A stretch of DNA of 21,879 bases from Myxococcota bacterium (GTDB taxonomy: Bacteria; Myxococcota; UBA4151). Of the stretch, positions 8,474 through 19,900 are shown one piece after another; positions within the stretch are counted from its first letter, which is position 1; each line of letters starts with the position of its first letter. Where the stretch lies: positions 1 through 21,879 of the forward strand of contig JAYZBQ010000040.1 of assembly GCA_036338695.1 (NCBI GenBank), written 5' to 3'. The translations under genes were made by a program, and so were the position numbers. The notes below the pieces were generated by a model. The model saw only the letters and a program-made list of their open reading frames with translations. It ran no database searches and was not told the origin of the DNA.

Positions 8474-11428
8474 TCAGGCTTCGTCATCACCGACCGGACC
8501 CAAAGGGCTCGAGGGATCATCGAGCTGCTCCGGCGTAATAAAGACCTCACGCGGTTTGGCGCCACGCGACGGACCGACGAGCCCTTCGGCTTGCATCCGA
8601 TCGATGATCCGGCCCGCGCGGGTGTAGCCGATGCTGAGTCGGCGTTGCAGCCACGACGTGCTCACCTGTCCCTCGTTCGCTGCGATCCGCAGACAGTCCA
8701 TCCACAGCGGATCATAGGGATCATCGCTGCTGCCCTCGCCGCCGCTCGTATCCGCCTCGGACATGGCGGTGATGGACTCATCGTAGTCCGGCTCACCTTG
8801 TGCGCGCAGGTGGTTGATGATGCTCGTGAGCTCATCCGTCGAGACAAATGCGCCCTGGACGCGGCTCGGGTCCGAGGAATTGGGAGGCACCACGAGCATG
8901 TCACCGTTTCCGAGCAGCCGCTCGGCGCCCGTGCGCCCAATGATGGTCTTCGAGTCCTGCGAGGCGCTCACGCGGAACGCGATGCGCGACGGGAAGTTGA
9001 CCTTGATCACGCCGGTCACGACGTCCACCGAAGGACGCTGCGTTGCCAGGATCACGTGCATCCCGGCGGCGCGCGCTTTTTGCGCCAGGCGCCCAACCGA
9101 CTCCTCAACGTCCTTACCTGCGGTCATCATCAGGTCAGCGAACTCGTCGACCACCACCAAGATGTAAGGCATCGGCTCAGGGTCGTTGTCTTCGCTCAGG
9201 GCGTGATCCGGCGGCAGCGTCACCTTGTTGTCCTCGCTGCCGTCTGCGGTGACGTCCACCGCCTCGACCTCGCGCTCCACCACCTGCATGTCGGCGGCGT
9301 CACCTTGCTCATCGACGACCATCTTGAGCTCGGGACCACGCTCAGCCTGCATCTCAGCATGCGCCGCCTCAGCCTCTGCGAGGATCTGCTCGTTAAGCTC
9401 TTTCCGAGCCTGCGCCCGCTCTTTGAGCGTGAGCTCGAGCCGATCGTTGTACTCTTTGATGTTCTTCACGCCTGACTTCGCGAGCTGCTCGTAGCGGCGA
9501 TCCATCTCTTTACACGCCCACTGCAGCGCAACGGTCGCCTTCGCCGGGTCGGTGATCGGCGGCACCATCAGGTGTGGGATGTCATTGTACGGCGCAAACT
9601 CGAGCATCTTCGGATCGATCAAGAGCAGCCTCAAGTCCATCGGGCTAAAGCGATAGAGCATGCTCAAGATCATGGTGTTGACGCCCACCGACTTACCTGA
9701 GCCGGTGCCACCCGCCACCAGCAGGTGCGGTGTCTTGGCGAGGTCCATGTAGAAACTGCGGCCTTCCCCGTCGCGCCCGAGCGCCATCGGCAGCGCCGCC
9801 TTGCTGCTCGCCCAGGCAGGGTCCGCAAGCAGCTCCTTGAGATAGACGGTCAGGCGCGTTCGGTTCGGGATCTCAATACCGACCGTGCTCTTCATCGGCA
9901 GGGGCGCAATGATCCGTGTCGAGCGAGCGCCGAGCGCCATCTGAAGATCGTCGGCGAAGCCAGCGATCTTGCTGACTTTGATCCCCGGACCCGGCTCGAA
10001 CTCATAGAGCGTCACGGTCGGCCCTGGGCGGATCTCAATGACCTTACCCTCGATCCGGAACTCGGCGAGCTTCTCGGTGATTTTACGCGCTGTCTCCTGC
10101 AGCCACTCCGTGTCGAGATCCTTGGCATCGGGCGCTTTGTACGCAAGCAGGTCCATGCTCGGCAGCTCCCACTCGCCCCGCTTTTTGCGCTTCTTCTTAC
10201 GTTCCATTTTCTTGCGCAGGATCTCACGAGCCTTGTCGGCCTCGCTCTGCGCCTCTTTGGCTTTGGACTCCGGCACCTTGGGGGTCTTGGCAGCGATAAT
10301 GCGCGGCGCAGGCTCCGGCTCAGCCGCCGGCGCCTCAGCTGCCGGTGCGGGAGCCGCTGGCTGATCGGCAGCTGCCTCAGGCGCTGGCGTCTCAGGCTCC
10401 CCCTTTGCTTCCGCTTTGAGTTTGGCGACCCAGGCGGGCTCTTCGTCCTGCGCCTTCCCTGCCGGCGTCTTAGGCTCGTCAGCCGGCTCAGGCTCCGTGG
10501 CCTCCGGGGGCACCGACACCAGCGAGTTGGTCGAGAAAAACTTCTCCTCGAAATCATCCGCTGCATCGGTCGGCGCCTCGCTGGGAAAGTCGACGACATT
10601 ATCCGGCGGCTTGGTCCCGTCACGCCGGCGCGCCTTGCTCGCTTTGGCGCGCGCCTTGGCCTCAGCCTTCTCTTGTTTGCGCGCCTCACGCTCCGCCTCT
10701 TTGAAGCGCTTCTGCTCGAGCCGACGCTCCTTGCGTTCCTCGGCCTCGAGCGCCCAACGCGCCGAGAGCTCTTGGCGCCGCTGACGGATCGCTGTCCGGA
10801 GCTTATCGAGGCGCAGCGCCCGCTGACACATGATCATCAACCCGCGCGGCCCCACGCCGACCAGCTCGCTAAACGCTAAGGTCCCGAGCGTCGCCAAGAT
10901 GAAGGTCGCGCCCCAATGCGAGAACACACCGACCACGCCGTTGCTCACGACCAAACCGAGCAGCCCGCCCGGTCGGAACGTAAAGAGCTCAGCGGGAACC
11001 CAGATCTGCGACAGGCCGGTGGCGGCGACCAGCGCCAGCGTCATGCCGACCCCGCTGCGCAAGCTCATCATGCGACGCGAGCGCCGCAACAGCTGCACCG
11101 CCATCTGCAGCAACGCGAGCCCCACGATGTAGGCTGTGCAGCCCAGCGCGCTGAACAACGCGGCGGCGATGTAAGCGCCGGCTGGGCCAATCAAGTTTTG
11201 GATCGAGTCCGCGCCACCGTTCGTTGAGTTCAAGTCGGTGTGTGAATAGCTCCCGAGGCTGCCGAGAATGAGCGCCGCTGCGAGCAGCGCCAACATGCCA
11301 GCGAGCTCAGGCGGCGTGGTGGGCACCAAGGTCGTGTGCTCGGCGGCCTTCGCCTTGGTCGGCTTGGCTGTTTTGGGGCGAGCGCTTGGACGGCGTTTGG
11401 GAGCGGCCACAGAAACCTCCGGAGTCAC
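8474..11428 (-). CDS. ftsK: DNA translocase FtsK/SpoIIIE
   Basis: N-terminal 4TM domain (NLIGPAGAYIA), Pro/Ala/Glu linker, PHLLVAGGTGSGKS Walker A, VVVDEFADLM Walker B, LATQRPSVDV, gamma domain STSWLQRRLSIGYTRAGRIID. The GTG start is approximate. Confidence 0.97.
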   Translation of the reverse strand: MTPEVSVAAPKRRPSARPKTAKPTKAKAAEHTTLVPTTPPELAGMLALLAAALILGSLGSYSHTDLNSTNGGADSIQNLIGPAGAYIAAALFSALGCTAYIVGLALLQMAVQLLRRSRRMMSLRSGVGMTLALVAATGLSQIWVPAELFTFRPGGLLGLVVSNGVVGVFSHWGATFILATLGTLAFSELVGVGPRGLMIMCQRALRLDKLRTAIRQRRQELSARWALEAEERKERRLEQKRFKEAEREARKQEKAEAKARAKASKARRRDGTKPPDNVVDFPSEAPTDAADDFEEKFFSTNSLVSVPPEATEPEPADEPKTPAGKAQDEEPAWVAKLKAEAKGEPETPAPEAAADQPAAPAPAAEAPAAEPEPAPRIIAAKTPKVPESKAKEAQSEADKAREILRKKMERKKKRKKRGEWELPSMDLLAYKAPDAKDLDTEWLQETARKITEKLAEFRIEGKVIEIRPGPTVTLYEFEPGPGIKVSKIAGFADDLQMALGARSTRIIAPLPMKSTVGIEIPNRTRLTVYLKELLADPAWASSKAALPMALGRDGEGRSFYMDLAKTPHLLVAGGTGSGKSVGVNTMILSMLYRFSPMDLRLLLIDPKMLEFAPYNDIPHLMVPPITDPAKATVALQWACKEMDRRYEQLAKSGVKNIKEYNDRLELTLKERAQARKELNEQILAEAEAAHAEMQAERGPELKMVVDEQGDAADMQVVEREVEAVDVTADGSEDNKVTLPPDHALSEDNDPEPMPYILVVVDEFADLMMTAGKDVEESVGRLAQKARAAGMHVILATQRPSVDVVTGVIKVNFPSRIAFRVSASQDSKTIIGRTGAERLLGNGDMLVVPPNSSDPSRVQGAFVSTDELTSIINHLRAQGEPDYDESITAMSEADTSGGEGSSDDPYDPLWMDCLRIAANEGQVSTSWLQRRLSIGYTRAGRIIDRMQAEGLVGPSRGAKPREVFITPEQLDDPSSPLGPVGDDEA

Positions 11429-11480
11429 GTCGATAGACGTCCCCCTAATAGTCGGCCCAAAGCCTCCAGATCTTTAGGAT

Positions 11481-11951
11481 TTACTTGGTTTTCTTGAGCG
11501 CCGCGACGATCTGCGGCGTCTGCTTGCTCACCGCCTTAAGGAGCGCCTCGACATCCGCCCCTTGGACCTTGTGCGTCCCAAAAATAGTCCCGGTCGTGTT
11601 CACGACGTTGAGCACCATCGTGTAGCGCCCCTTCTGTTGGGTCACCGTGCTGACCAGGACGTGCGTGCAATGCGCGAGCTTGGCGGTCTGAGCGGCGCAG
11701 GCCTCCGGGTCCTTCATGCAGCGCGTCTCGCTGCCAACGGCGCTCTGCATCGCCCGCAGCTTAAGGATCGCCTCGATGTCGGCGCGGCACTTGACCTCGA
11801 CGTTCGACGCCTTGAGCGCCTTCTCGAGCTGGTTGCACATCAACGGATCGAGCGTGGCGCCCACCGCCTTCGGGACGCCGCCTTCGGGGCTCACGCTGTC
11901 CACGAGCACGACCGGACTCGCCAGGATCATGCCCAGCCAGAGCACGGGCAT
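11481..11951 (-). CDS. Exported hypothetical protein, possible CsgG/TolB-N-like alpha/beta fold
   Basis: Start overlaps the TlpA stop (TAATG). Short hydrophobic N-terminus. The pattern DIEAIL...C...CAAQTAKL...VLVSTV...YTMVLNVVN resembles a common myxobacterial periplasmic family (recognition only). Confidence 0.65.
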   Translation of the reverse strand: MPVLWLGMILASPVVLVDSVSPEGGVPKAVGATLDPLMCNQLEKALKASNVEVKCRADIEAILKLRAMQSAVGSETRCMKDPEACAAQTAKLAHCTHVLVSTVTQQKGRYTMVLNVVNTTGTIFGTHKVQGADVEALLKAVSKQTPQIVAALKKTK

Positions 11952-12499
11952 TACAGGAACTTCCGAATCGTCGTAAGCAGCTTCTTGTCGTCACCCTTCT
12001 TCAGGTTGAAGCCCGACTTGGCGTAGACGATCTTACCGCTCTGATCCACGAGGTAGAGCGTCGGCAACGCCGCCGCCTTGTAACGCCTCATGAGCACGTT
12101 CATCCCGTCGTGAAAGACCGGTACGGTCAGGCCCATCTCACCGATCCGCTTCTTGAGCTTGTTCTTGCCGTCCGTGCCTTTGTCCGTCCCCACCACAAAA
12201 GCTGCGAAACCTTGCGACTTGAGCTGCGACGACCACTTATCGAGCAGCGGGACCTCATCCTGACAGCCGGCGCACCAGGTGGCGTAAAAACTGATCGCAA
12301 GCAGCTTGATCGACTTATCCTTCGCACGCTTTCCGATGGTCCGTCGCAGCACCGCTCGGCGCAACCCGCTCTCTTTGGGGTTCAGCGTCCGGAGCGTAAA
12401 GCTCGGCGGCTCACTGCCCACGGCGAGCAGCTCAGGCTTCTCGTCGGCGAGGGCGGTCACAGGGACCAAAAGGAGTGCACACAACACGCTGCGAATCAT
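11951..12499 (-). CDS. TlpA-family thiol:disulfide oxidoreductase (exported)
   Basis: Signal peptide (ALA-D), PSFTL, SFYATWCAGCQDEVP CxxC motif, cis-Pro motif LPTLYLVDQSGKI. ATGA overlap with hisS. Confidence 0.92.
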   Translation of the reverse strand: MIRSVLCALLLVPVTALADEKPELLAVGSEPPSFTLRTLNPKESGLRRAVLRRTIGKRAKDKSIKLLAISFYATWCAGCQDEVPLLDKWSSQLKSQGFAAFVVGTDKGTDGKNKLKKRIGEMGLTVPVFHDGMNVLMRRYKAAALPTLYLVDQSGKIVYAKSGFNLKKGDDKKLLTTIRKFL

Positions 12500-13761
12500 T
12501 CGACCTCCATCACGGCGGAGCGTACCGTATCGAACTCTAAAGAAATGTTCACGGTACTTCCATCTGCCATGCGACGTAACGACGCCGCATTTGATTCTAA
12601 TTCTGTCGCTCCGAGGACAAGGGCATATCGACAGCCGCGCCGATTAATTGCCTTCATCTGTGCCTTGACCGACCGGCCCGACAGGTCTGCGACCACGCAA
12701 CACCCGCTCGCACGCAGCTCGGTGACCCAGCGCAACACCGTGTGGTGATCGGCGCCCGGCGCGGCGACGACGCCGAGGTCGGGCGACGCTGCGCCGAGGC
12801 TCCGCCCGTGCGCCTGCGCAACGAGCAGCAGCCGCTCCGTCCCGCCTGCAAAGCCGACCGCTGCCACGTCCGGTCCCCCGACGGTCTCAAGCAGCCCGTC
12901 GTAGCGACCGCCCGCCAGCACAGCGGCTTGTGCGCCCAGCTTCTCGGTGAGCGCCTCAAAGACGGGTCCGCGGTAGTAATCCAAGCCGCGCACCATCCGC
13001 TTGTTCTCACGGACCTCCACGCCGAGCGCCACCAAGCCCTCATAGACCGCCTCGTGGTGCGCTCGATGCGCGTCGTTGAGGTGGTCCATCGGCAGCGGCG
13101 CCTCGAGCAACAGCTCCTGCACCTTGGCGTCTTTGGAGTCGAGCAGCCTGAGCGGGTTGCGCTGCGCCGTGTCGAGCGCGCCCTGCGGGAGCTCATCACG
13201 GCGCGCGTCCAGATACTCGGTCAGCTTCGCCAGGTAGCCGGGCCGGGTGTCCGGTCCGCCGACGTTACCGAGCTCGATCACGACGTCGTCGAGCCCGAGG
13301 GCGTCGAGGATCGCCTTCGCCAGCGCAATGCACTCGATGTCGGCGACCGGTGACGGCTCACCAAAGCACTCAAGCCCGATCTGGTGAAACTGGCGATAAC
13401 GCCCCTTCTGCGGACGCTCCCGGCGAAACATCGGGCCGGCGTAAAAGGCGCGTAACTTCGGGTCGGTCCGCAGCAAGCTGTGCTGAACCACCATCCGCGC
13501 CACGGCGGCGGTCGCCTCGGGTCTCAGAACTAGGTGCGAGCCGTCTCGATCCTCAAAGGCGTACATCTCTTTGCCGACGACGTCGGTCCCCTCGCCCACG
13601 CTGCGCACAAAGAGCTCTTGGTGCTCTAGAATCGGCGTCCGCACCTCCTGCGCGCCGTACGCCAACGCAAGGCGTCGCGCCACCTGCTCGACCTCGATCA
13701 GACCGGCGGCTTGCTCGCCAAACAGGTCGTTCATTCCCTTGACCGAACGGTAGCTCGTCAT
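12496..13761 (-). CDS. hisS: Histidine--tRNA ligase
   Basis: KGMND, TDVVGKEMY, LRPEATA, FRRERPQKGRYRQFHQ, VRGLDYY, AGGRYDGL. ATG at 13761 (MTSYRSVKG) fits the family N-terminus better than the track start at 13803. Confidence 0.97.
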   Translation of the reverse strand: MTSYRSVKGMNDLFGEQAAGLIEVEQVARRLALAYGAQEVRTPILEHQELFVRSVGEGTDVVGKEMYAFEDRDGSHLVLRPEATAAVARMVVQHSLLRTDPKLRAFYAGPMFRRERPQKGRYRQFHQIGLECFGEPSPVADIECIALAKAILDALGLDDVVIELGNVGGPDTRPGYLAKLTEYLDARRDELPQGALDTAQRNPLRLLDSKDAKVQELLLEAPLPMDHLNDAHRAHHEAVYEGLVALGVEVRENKRMVRGLDYYRGPVFEALTEKLGAQAAVLAGGRYDGLLETVGGPDVAAVGFAGGTERLLLVAQAHGRSLGAASPDLGVVAAPGADHHTVLRWVTELRASGCCVVADLSGRSVKAQMKAINRRGCRYALVLGATELESNAASLRRMADGSTVNISLEFDTVRSAVMEVE

Positions 13762-13827
13762 CTCGATCCCTGCGCTCCAGGCTGCGTGGTCCTGTGTATG
13801 CAACCGCCAGCGGCGGACAACAACCGC

Positions 13828-13867
13828 AAAAACGAGAACGACCGACGCAAGCGCCGGTCGCCTCGTT
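13828..13867 (-). terminator. Intrinsic terminator after pnp
   Basis: Minus strand ACGAG-GCGACCGGCG-CTTG-CGTCGGTCGT-TCTCG-TTTTT: GC stem, CUUG tetraloop and U-tract. Confidence 0.8.
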
Positions 13868-13888
13868 CGCTAAGCTGCTGCAGCAGAC

Positions 13889-16153
<2,265 letters not shown>

Positions 16154-16228
16154 CGTCCACTACTCCCGAGCGTGCCTGCGAGGGCAACCGCTCTATGTCG
16201 TGGAGTGACTAAGCGCCGCGTAGAAACT

Positions 16229-16279
16229 AGAAGAATGGGTGCAGAACCGTCAGGCTTTCGGTGCTGGACACATCCTTCT
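16229..16279 (-). promoter_or_regulatory. Long imperfect stem-loop in the pnp 5' leader (candidate RNase III processing site)
   Basis: RNA AGAAGGAUG pairs with CAUUCUUCU, then GU/AC, CAG/CUG and ACCG/CGGU with single mismatches, about 75 nt upstream of the pnp start. Confidence 0.6.
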
Positions 16280-16328
16280 TCGCGTGTGCTTAGCCGCTCC
16301 GTTGAGGTGCTCACACCACGTGAGCCCT

Positions 16329-16364
16329 TATAAAGCGACGGGCAGCGCTCTGGCTGCCCGTCAC
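16329..16364 (-). terminator. rpsO terminator/attenuator hairpin
   Basis: Perfect 10-bp inverted repeat GACGGGCAGC/GCTGCCCGTC (16337-16362) followed by a short TTTAT on the minus strand. Confidence 0.75.
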
Positions 16365-16380
16365 CTCTAAGTCATCTGTC

Positions 16381-16647
16381 TTACCGACGAATACCTAAGT
16401 CGGCGATGAGGGCACGATAGGCCTCAACATCTTTACGCTTCAGGTAATCCAGCAAGCTGCGACGCTTGGAGACGATCTTCAGCAGACCACGACGGCTGTG
16501 GTGGTCTTTGCTGTTGTCTTCAAAGTGCGGACGCAGGTCGTTGATACGCGCCGTCATGAGCGCAATCTGGACCTTGCTGTTGCCGGTGTCTTGCGGGTTG
16601 TCCCCGTACTTCTCGATAATCGCTTTGCGATCCTTTGCGGTGAGCAT
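16381..16647 (-). CDS. rpsO: 30S ribosomal protein S15
   Basis: [16 protein letters not shown]...[23 protein letters not shown]...LGIRR. ATG at 16647 follows an AAGGAGG RBS and gives 88 aa. Confidence 0.98.
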   Translation of the reverse strand: MLTAKDRKAIIEKYGDNPQDTGNSKVQIALMTARINDLRPHFEDNSKDHHSRRGLLKIVSKRRSLLDYLKRKDVEAYRALIADLGIRR

Positions 16648-16740
16648 GTGCTCCTCCTTCACGCGCCTTGTTATCCACACTGAACCGCAGACGCGGGCAG
16701 CCCAAGCGCTCGGCTTGTGAAGCAAGGCTGCAAGGAGCGC
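16648..16740 (-). promoter_or_regulatory. Structured rpsO leader (candidate S15 autoregulatory element)
   Basis: Nested stems GCAGCC/GGCTGC (16697-16731) and CAAGC/GCTTG. A weak sigma70-like TTCAAG-N18-TACCTT lies just upstream on the minus strand. Confidence 0.45.
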
Positions 16741-16996
16741 AAGGTAATTCGGTTGGTTGCCGAACTTGAAACACTGAGTTGTGAAACATCAATAATCAGG
16801 ACAAAATACTGTTGTAGAATGCTGCGTAACGAGAGTGTTCAAGCGCTCAACGGCGACCGGGTGACGGTGGATCGAACTTTTGCGGGCACAGGACTATTTG
16901 GTGACTACGCGCTCTTCTTCCCAGCCCAAACCCTGTCGAGCGGCTCCAACGCAGGCGGGCTCCACCTACACCGCATCGAGGATATTTTGCTCCGCT

Positions 16997-19900
16997 TTGA
17001 AGCTGCTGCACCGCTCCCTTAGGCGCTGCGCACCGCTCGCTGTCTGTGTGAGCCTGCTCGGCAGCCCGTCGATGGCGCTCGCGGTGCTCGGGCCGGCGCC
17101 TGGGAGCGTCACGGCGGAGACGCTGACGCTGCCGACCACGCCCGGCTCGCTTCAAGGCGCTGGCGACGAGCTGGCGCTGGAGGCTTTCAGCGGTCAGGCG
17201 CAACACCAAGTTACCATCGAGCTCCCTGCCGGACGCGCAGGCGTCGCGCCGTTGCTGACTTTGCGCTACGACGGCAACCTCGGTGACGGACCGCTCGGAC
17301 CGGGTTGGACCCTCGACGTGCCTCAGATCCGTCGCAGCGTCCGGCGCGGCGTTCCGTCGTACACCGCTGCGGATACGCTCGAGCTGGTTGGCGTCCCCGG
17401 CGCCAACGGGCGCCTCCTACCGCTCGAGGACGGTACGTATCGTGTCCTTGGGCAGGGAGATCGCCTCCGCGTGCTCCCGCGTGATGGCGGCTTTCGCATG
17501 CTGACACCCGACGGTGGATTGTGGTTGTTTGGGGCGACCGAGGCGACGCGACAGACGACCGTACGCGGCGATTTTGCGTGGCTCGCAGGCGCCTATGAGC
17601 ACCCGACCGGTCAGGTGATTCGGTACACCTATCAGCAGCTCGACGGGCACGCCTACCTGGCGCAGATCACCTACCCTCTCGAGCGAAAGGTGCAGCTCAG
17701 CTACCTGCCCCGGGAGAGCGCCCTGTTCCGCCATCGAGCGGGGATGCCTCAGCGCTGGTCGCAGACACTCAGCCAGCTCGACGTCCGCGTCCGAGGGCAG
17801 CGCTACAGCCGCTGGCAGCTCGATTACGAGCGCACGAACCAGACCCCTCGCCTGGCGAGCGTTCAGCGCTTTGGCCAAACCGACGCCACGCGCCGACCGC
17901 CGCGGCGATTTTCCTATCGAGAGCCGGTGGCGCCGTCGTCGATCAGCTCCTTTGCCGGCGCGCCCTTCGCGCTGTCGAACCCGAACGTCACGCTGACCGA
18001 CGTCGACGGCGACGGGCTCGTGGACTTGGTGAACCTGCGCGGCGCCGACGCACAGTGGGCGCGCAACGCGGGCGACCGGTTCGAGCCTCCGCAGGCGCTC
18101 GAAGGACCGGATGAGACGCTCGCCTCCGGGCGGTTGCGGCTCATGGATATCAACGGCGACGCGCGGGCGGACCTCCTCGTGCAGCGCGGCGTGTGGATCC
18201 CCTGGCTCAACCAAGGCGCCGGTTACCGTGAACACACACCGATCGACGGCTCCGACGGCTTGAGCTTAGGAGGCGCGCAGGTGTTCGCCGACCTCGACGG
18301 TGACGGGATCGCCGAGCTGCTGCGCTCGAGCGGTAACGGGCTGGCGATTTTTCAAGGGGAAGCCGGCGCGCTGGGTGAGGAGCGGCTCGTCGACCTCCCG
18401 CCCGAGCTGAGCGGCTACAGCTTGCAGGATGCGCGCCTGCGTATCCAAGATATCACGGGCGACGGCTTAGCCGACTTCATCGTGCTCGAGCCGACCCACT
18501 TTACGCTTTTTGAAGGGTTGGGCGACGGCGGGGTCACCGCCGGCGTCCGCCAGGAACTACCGCGCCAGATCGTCGACTATGGCGCGAGCTACTTTCGCGA
18601 CCTTGACCGGGACGGCTGCGTCGATTTTGTGCTCTTTGTCGACGCGTCGGTCTTTTGGTTTCCGCGCCGTCCGGACGGCACCTTTGCTGCGGCGCGGCAG
18701 ATCGCTGCGCCCAGCGGAGCCGACAACACCAGCCGAATCCACCTCGGTGACCTCAACGGCAACGGCACGCTCGATGTGATCTGGAGTCAAAACCAGCAGG
18801 TGTGGGTCATGGAGCTGGTCGGCGACGCCAGCCGCGGTCTGCTCGAGGTCATCGACAACGGCTTGGGGCGGAGCCAGATGATCCGCTACACAAGCACCCG
18901 CAGCCTCGCAGCCATGGCTTCACGAGCCGGCTCGCCCTGGTCTCGGCAGCTCGCGACCATCTTACCGGTCGTCTCCCGCATCGAGACGCGCTTCGCCGAC
19001 GTGCACACCGCGCCGCGCGAGAAGCTGGTCGTGGTGGCTGATCCGATCTGGGATCATGAAGAGCGCAGCTTCGCTGGCTTTGGACAGGTCACGACGCGCC
19101 AGCTCAGCGCATCGACCCGCGAGACCCTGGTCACGCAAACGCAGCTCGCCCCCGGTCTAGGCGAAGCCCGGCCTTTACGCGGGCGGACGCTCACCATCGA
19201 GCGACGAGACGCCGACGGACGACGCTTCGATCGCGTCACGCACGACTGGCAGCTGCGCCGACCGGAGGCGCTCGCTGCGCAGCCGCTCGCAGCCCGAGCC
19301 GTGAACGTGGCGACCGTGCGGCAGGTCTATGAGGGCGCCGAGGAGCCGCTGACGCTCCGGACGACGCGTCTGTTCAATGAGCAGGGTGACGCGCTCGAGC
19401 TGCGACACCTGGGCGTCGAGGACCGCTCCGGCGATGAGCAGATCGTCCGGATGCGTTACCTCTACCTCACCGGCGCTTATCACCTCTGGGGCGCTCAAAC
19501 TGAGCGCTCCGTTCACGCGCTCAACGATGAGCTCGTCGCCAAGACCCGCTACCTCTACGACGGCGCGATGGAGCCGCTCCCCCATGGCGAGGCGACCCGG
19601 GGCTGGCTCCGGCAGGAGCTCGGGTGGCTCGAATCCGAGCAACGCTGGGTGCTGCGTCGGGCCTTCGACTACGATGAGCACGGCAACGTCACGCGCCGCT
19701 ACCGAGGCGGCGTCTGGCGGCGCATCGACTATGACGCGGACGGGCTGTTTGCGATCGCAGAGCATGTGGCGCCCAACCCCGAGCGGACGCTCAGCGTGCG
19801 CGCCCAGTGGGACCCGACCCTCGGCACCCTTGAGCGCCTCATCGACGCAGCAGGCGTCGAGCATGTGTTTGGGTACGACGGGCTCGGTCGGCTCACCACA

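Noticed and set aside
9170..9445. Possible intein in FtsK
   Set aside because: No N-terminal Cys/Ser block, no His-Asn terminus and no homing-endonuclease motif.
16648..16725. N-terminal extension of S15 in the ORF track (114 aa)
   Set aside because: The strong RBS and family length point to ATG at 16647.
16717..17022. 101-aa + strand ORF in the divergent promoter region
   Set aside because: Spans likely promoter and leader sequence, has atypical composition and no motif.
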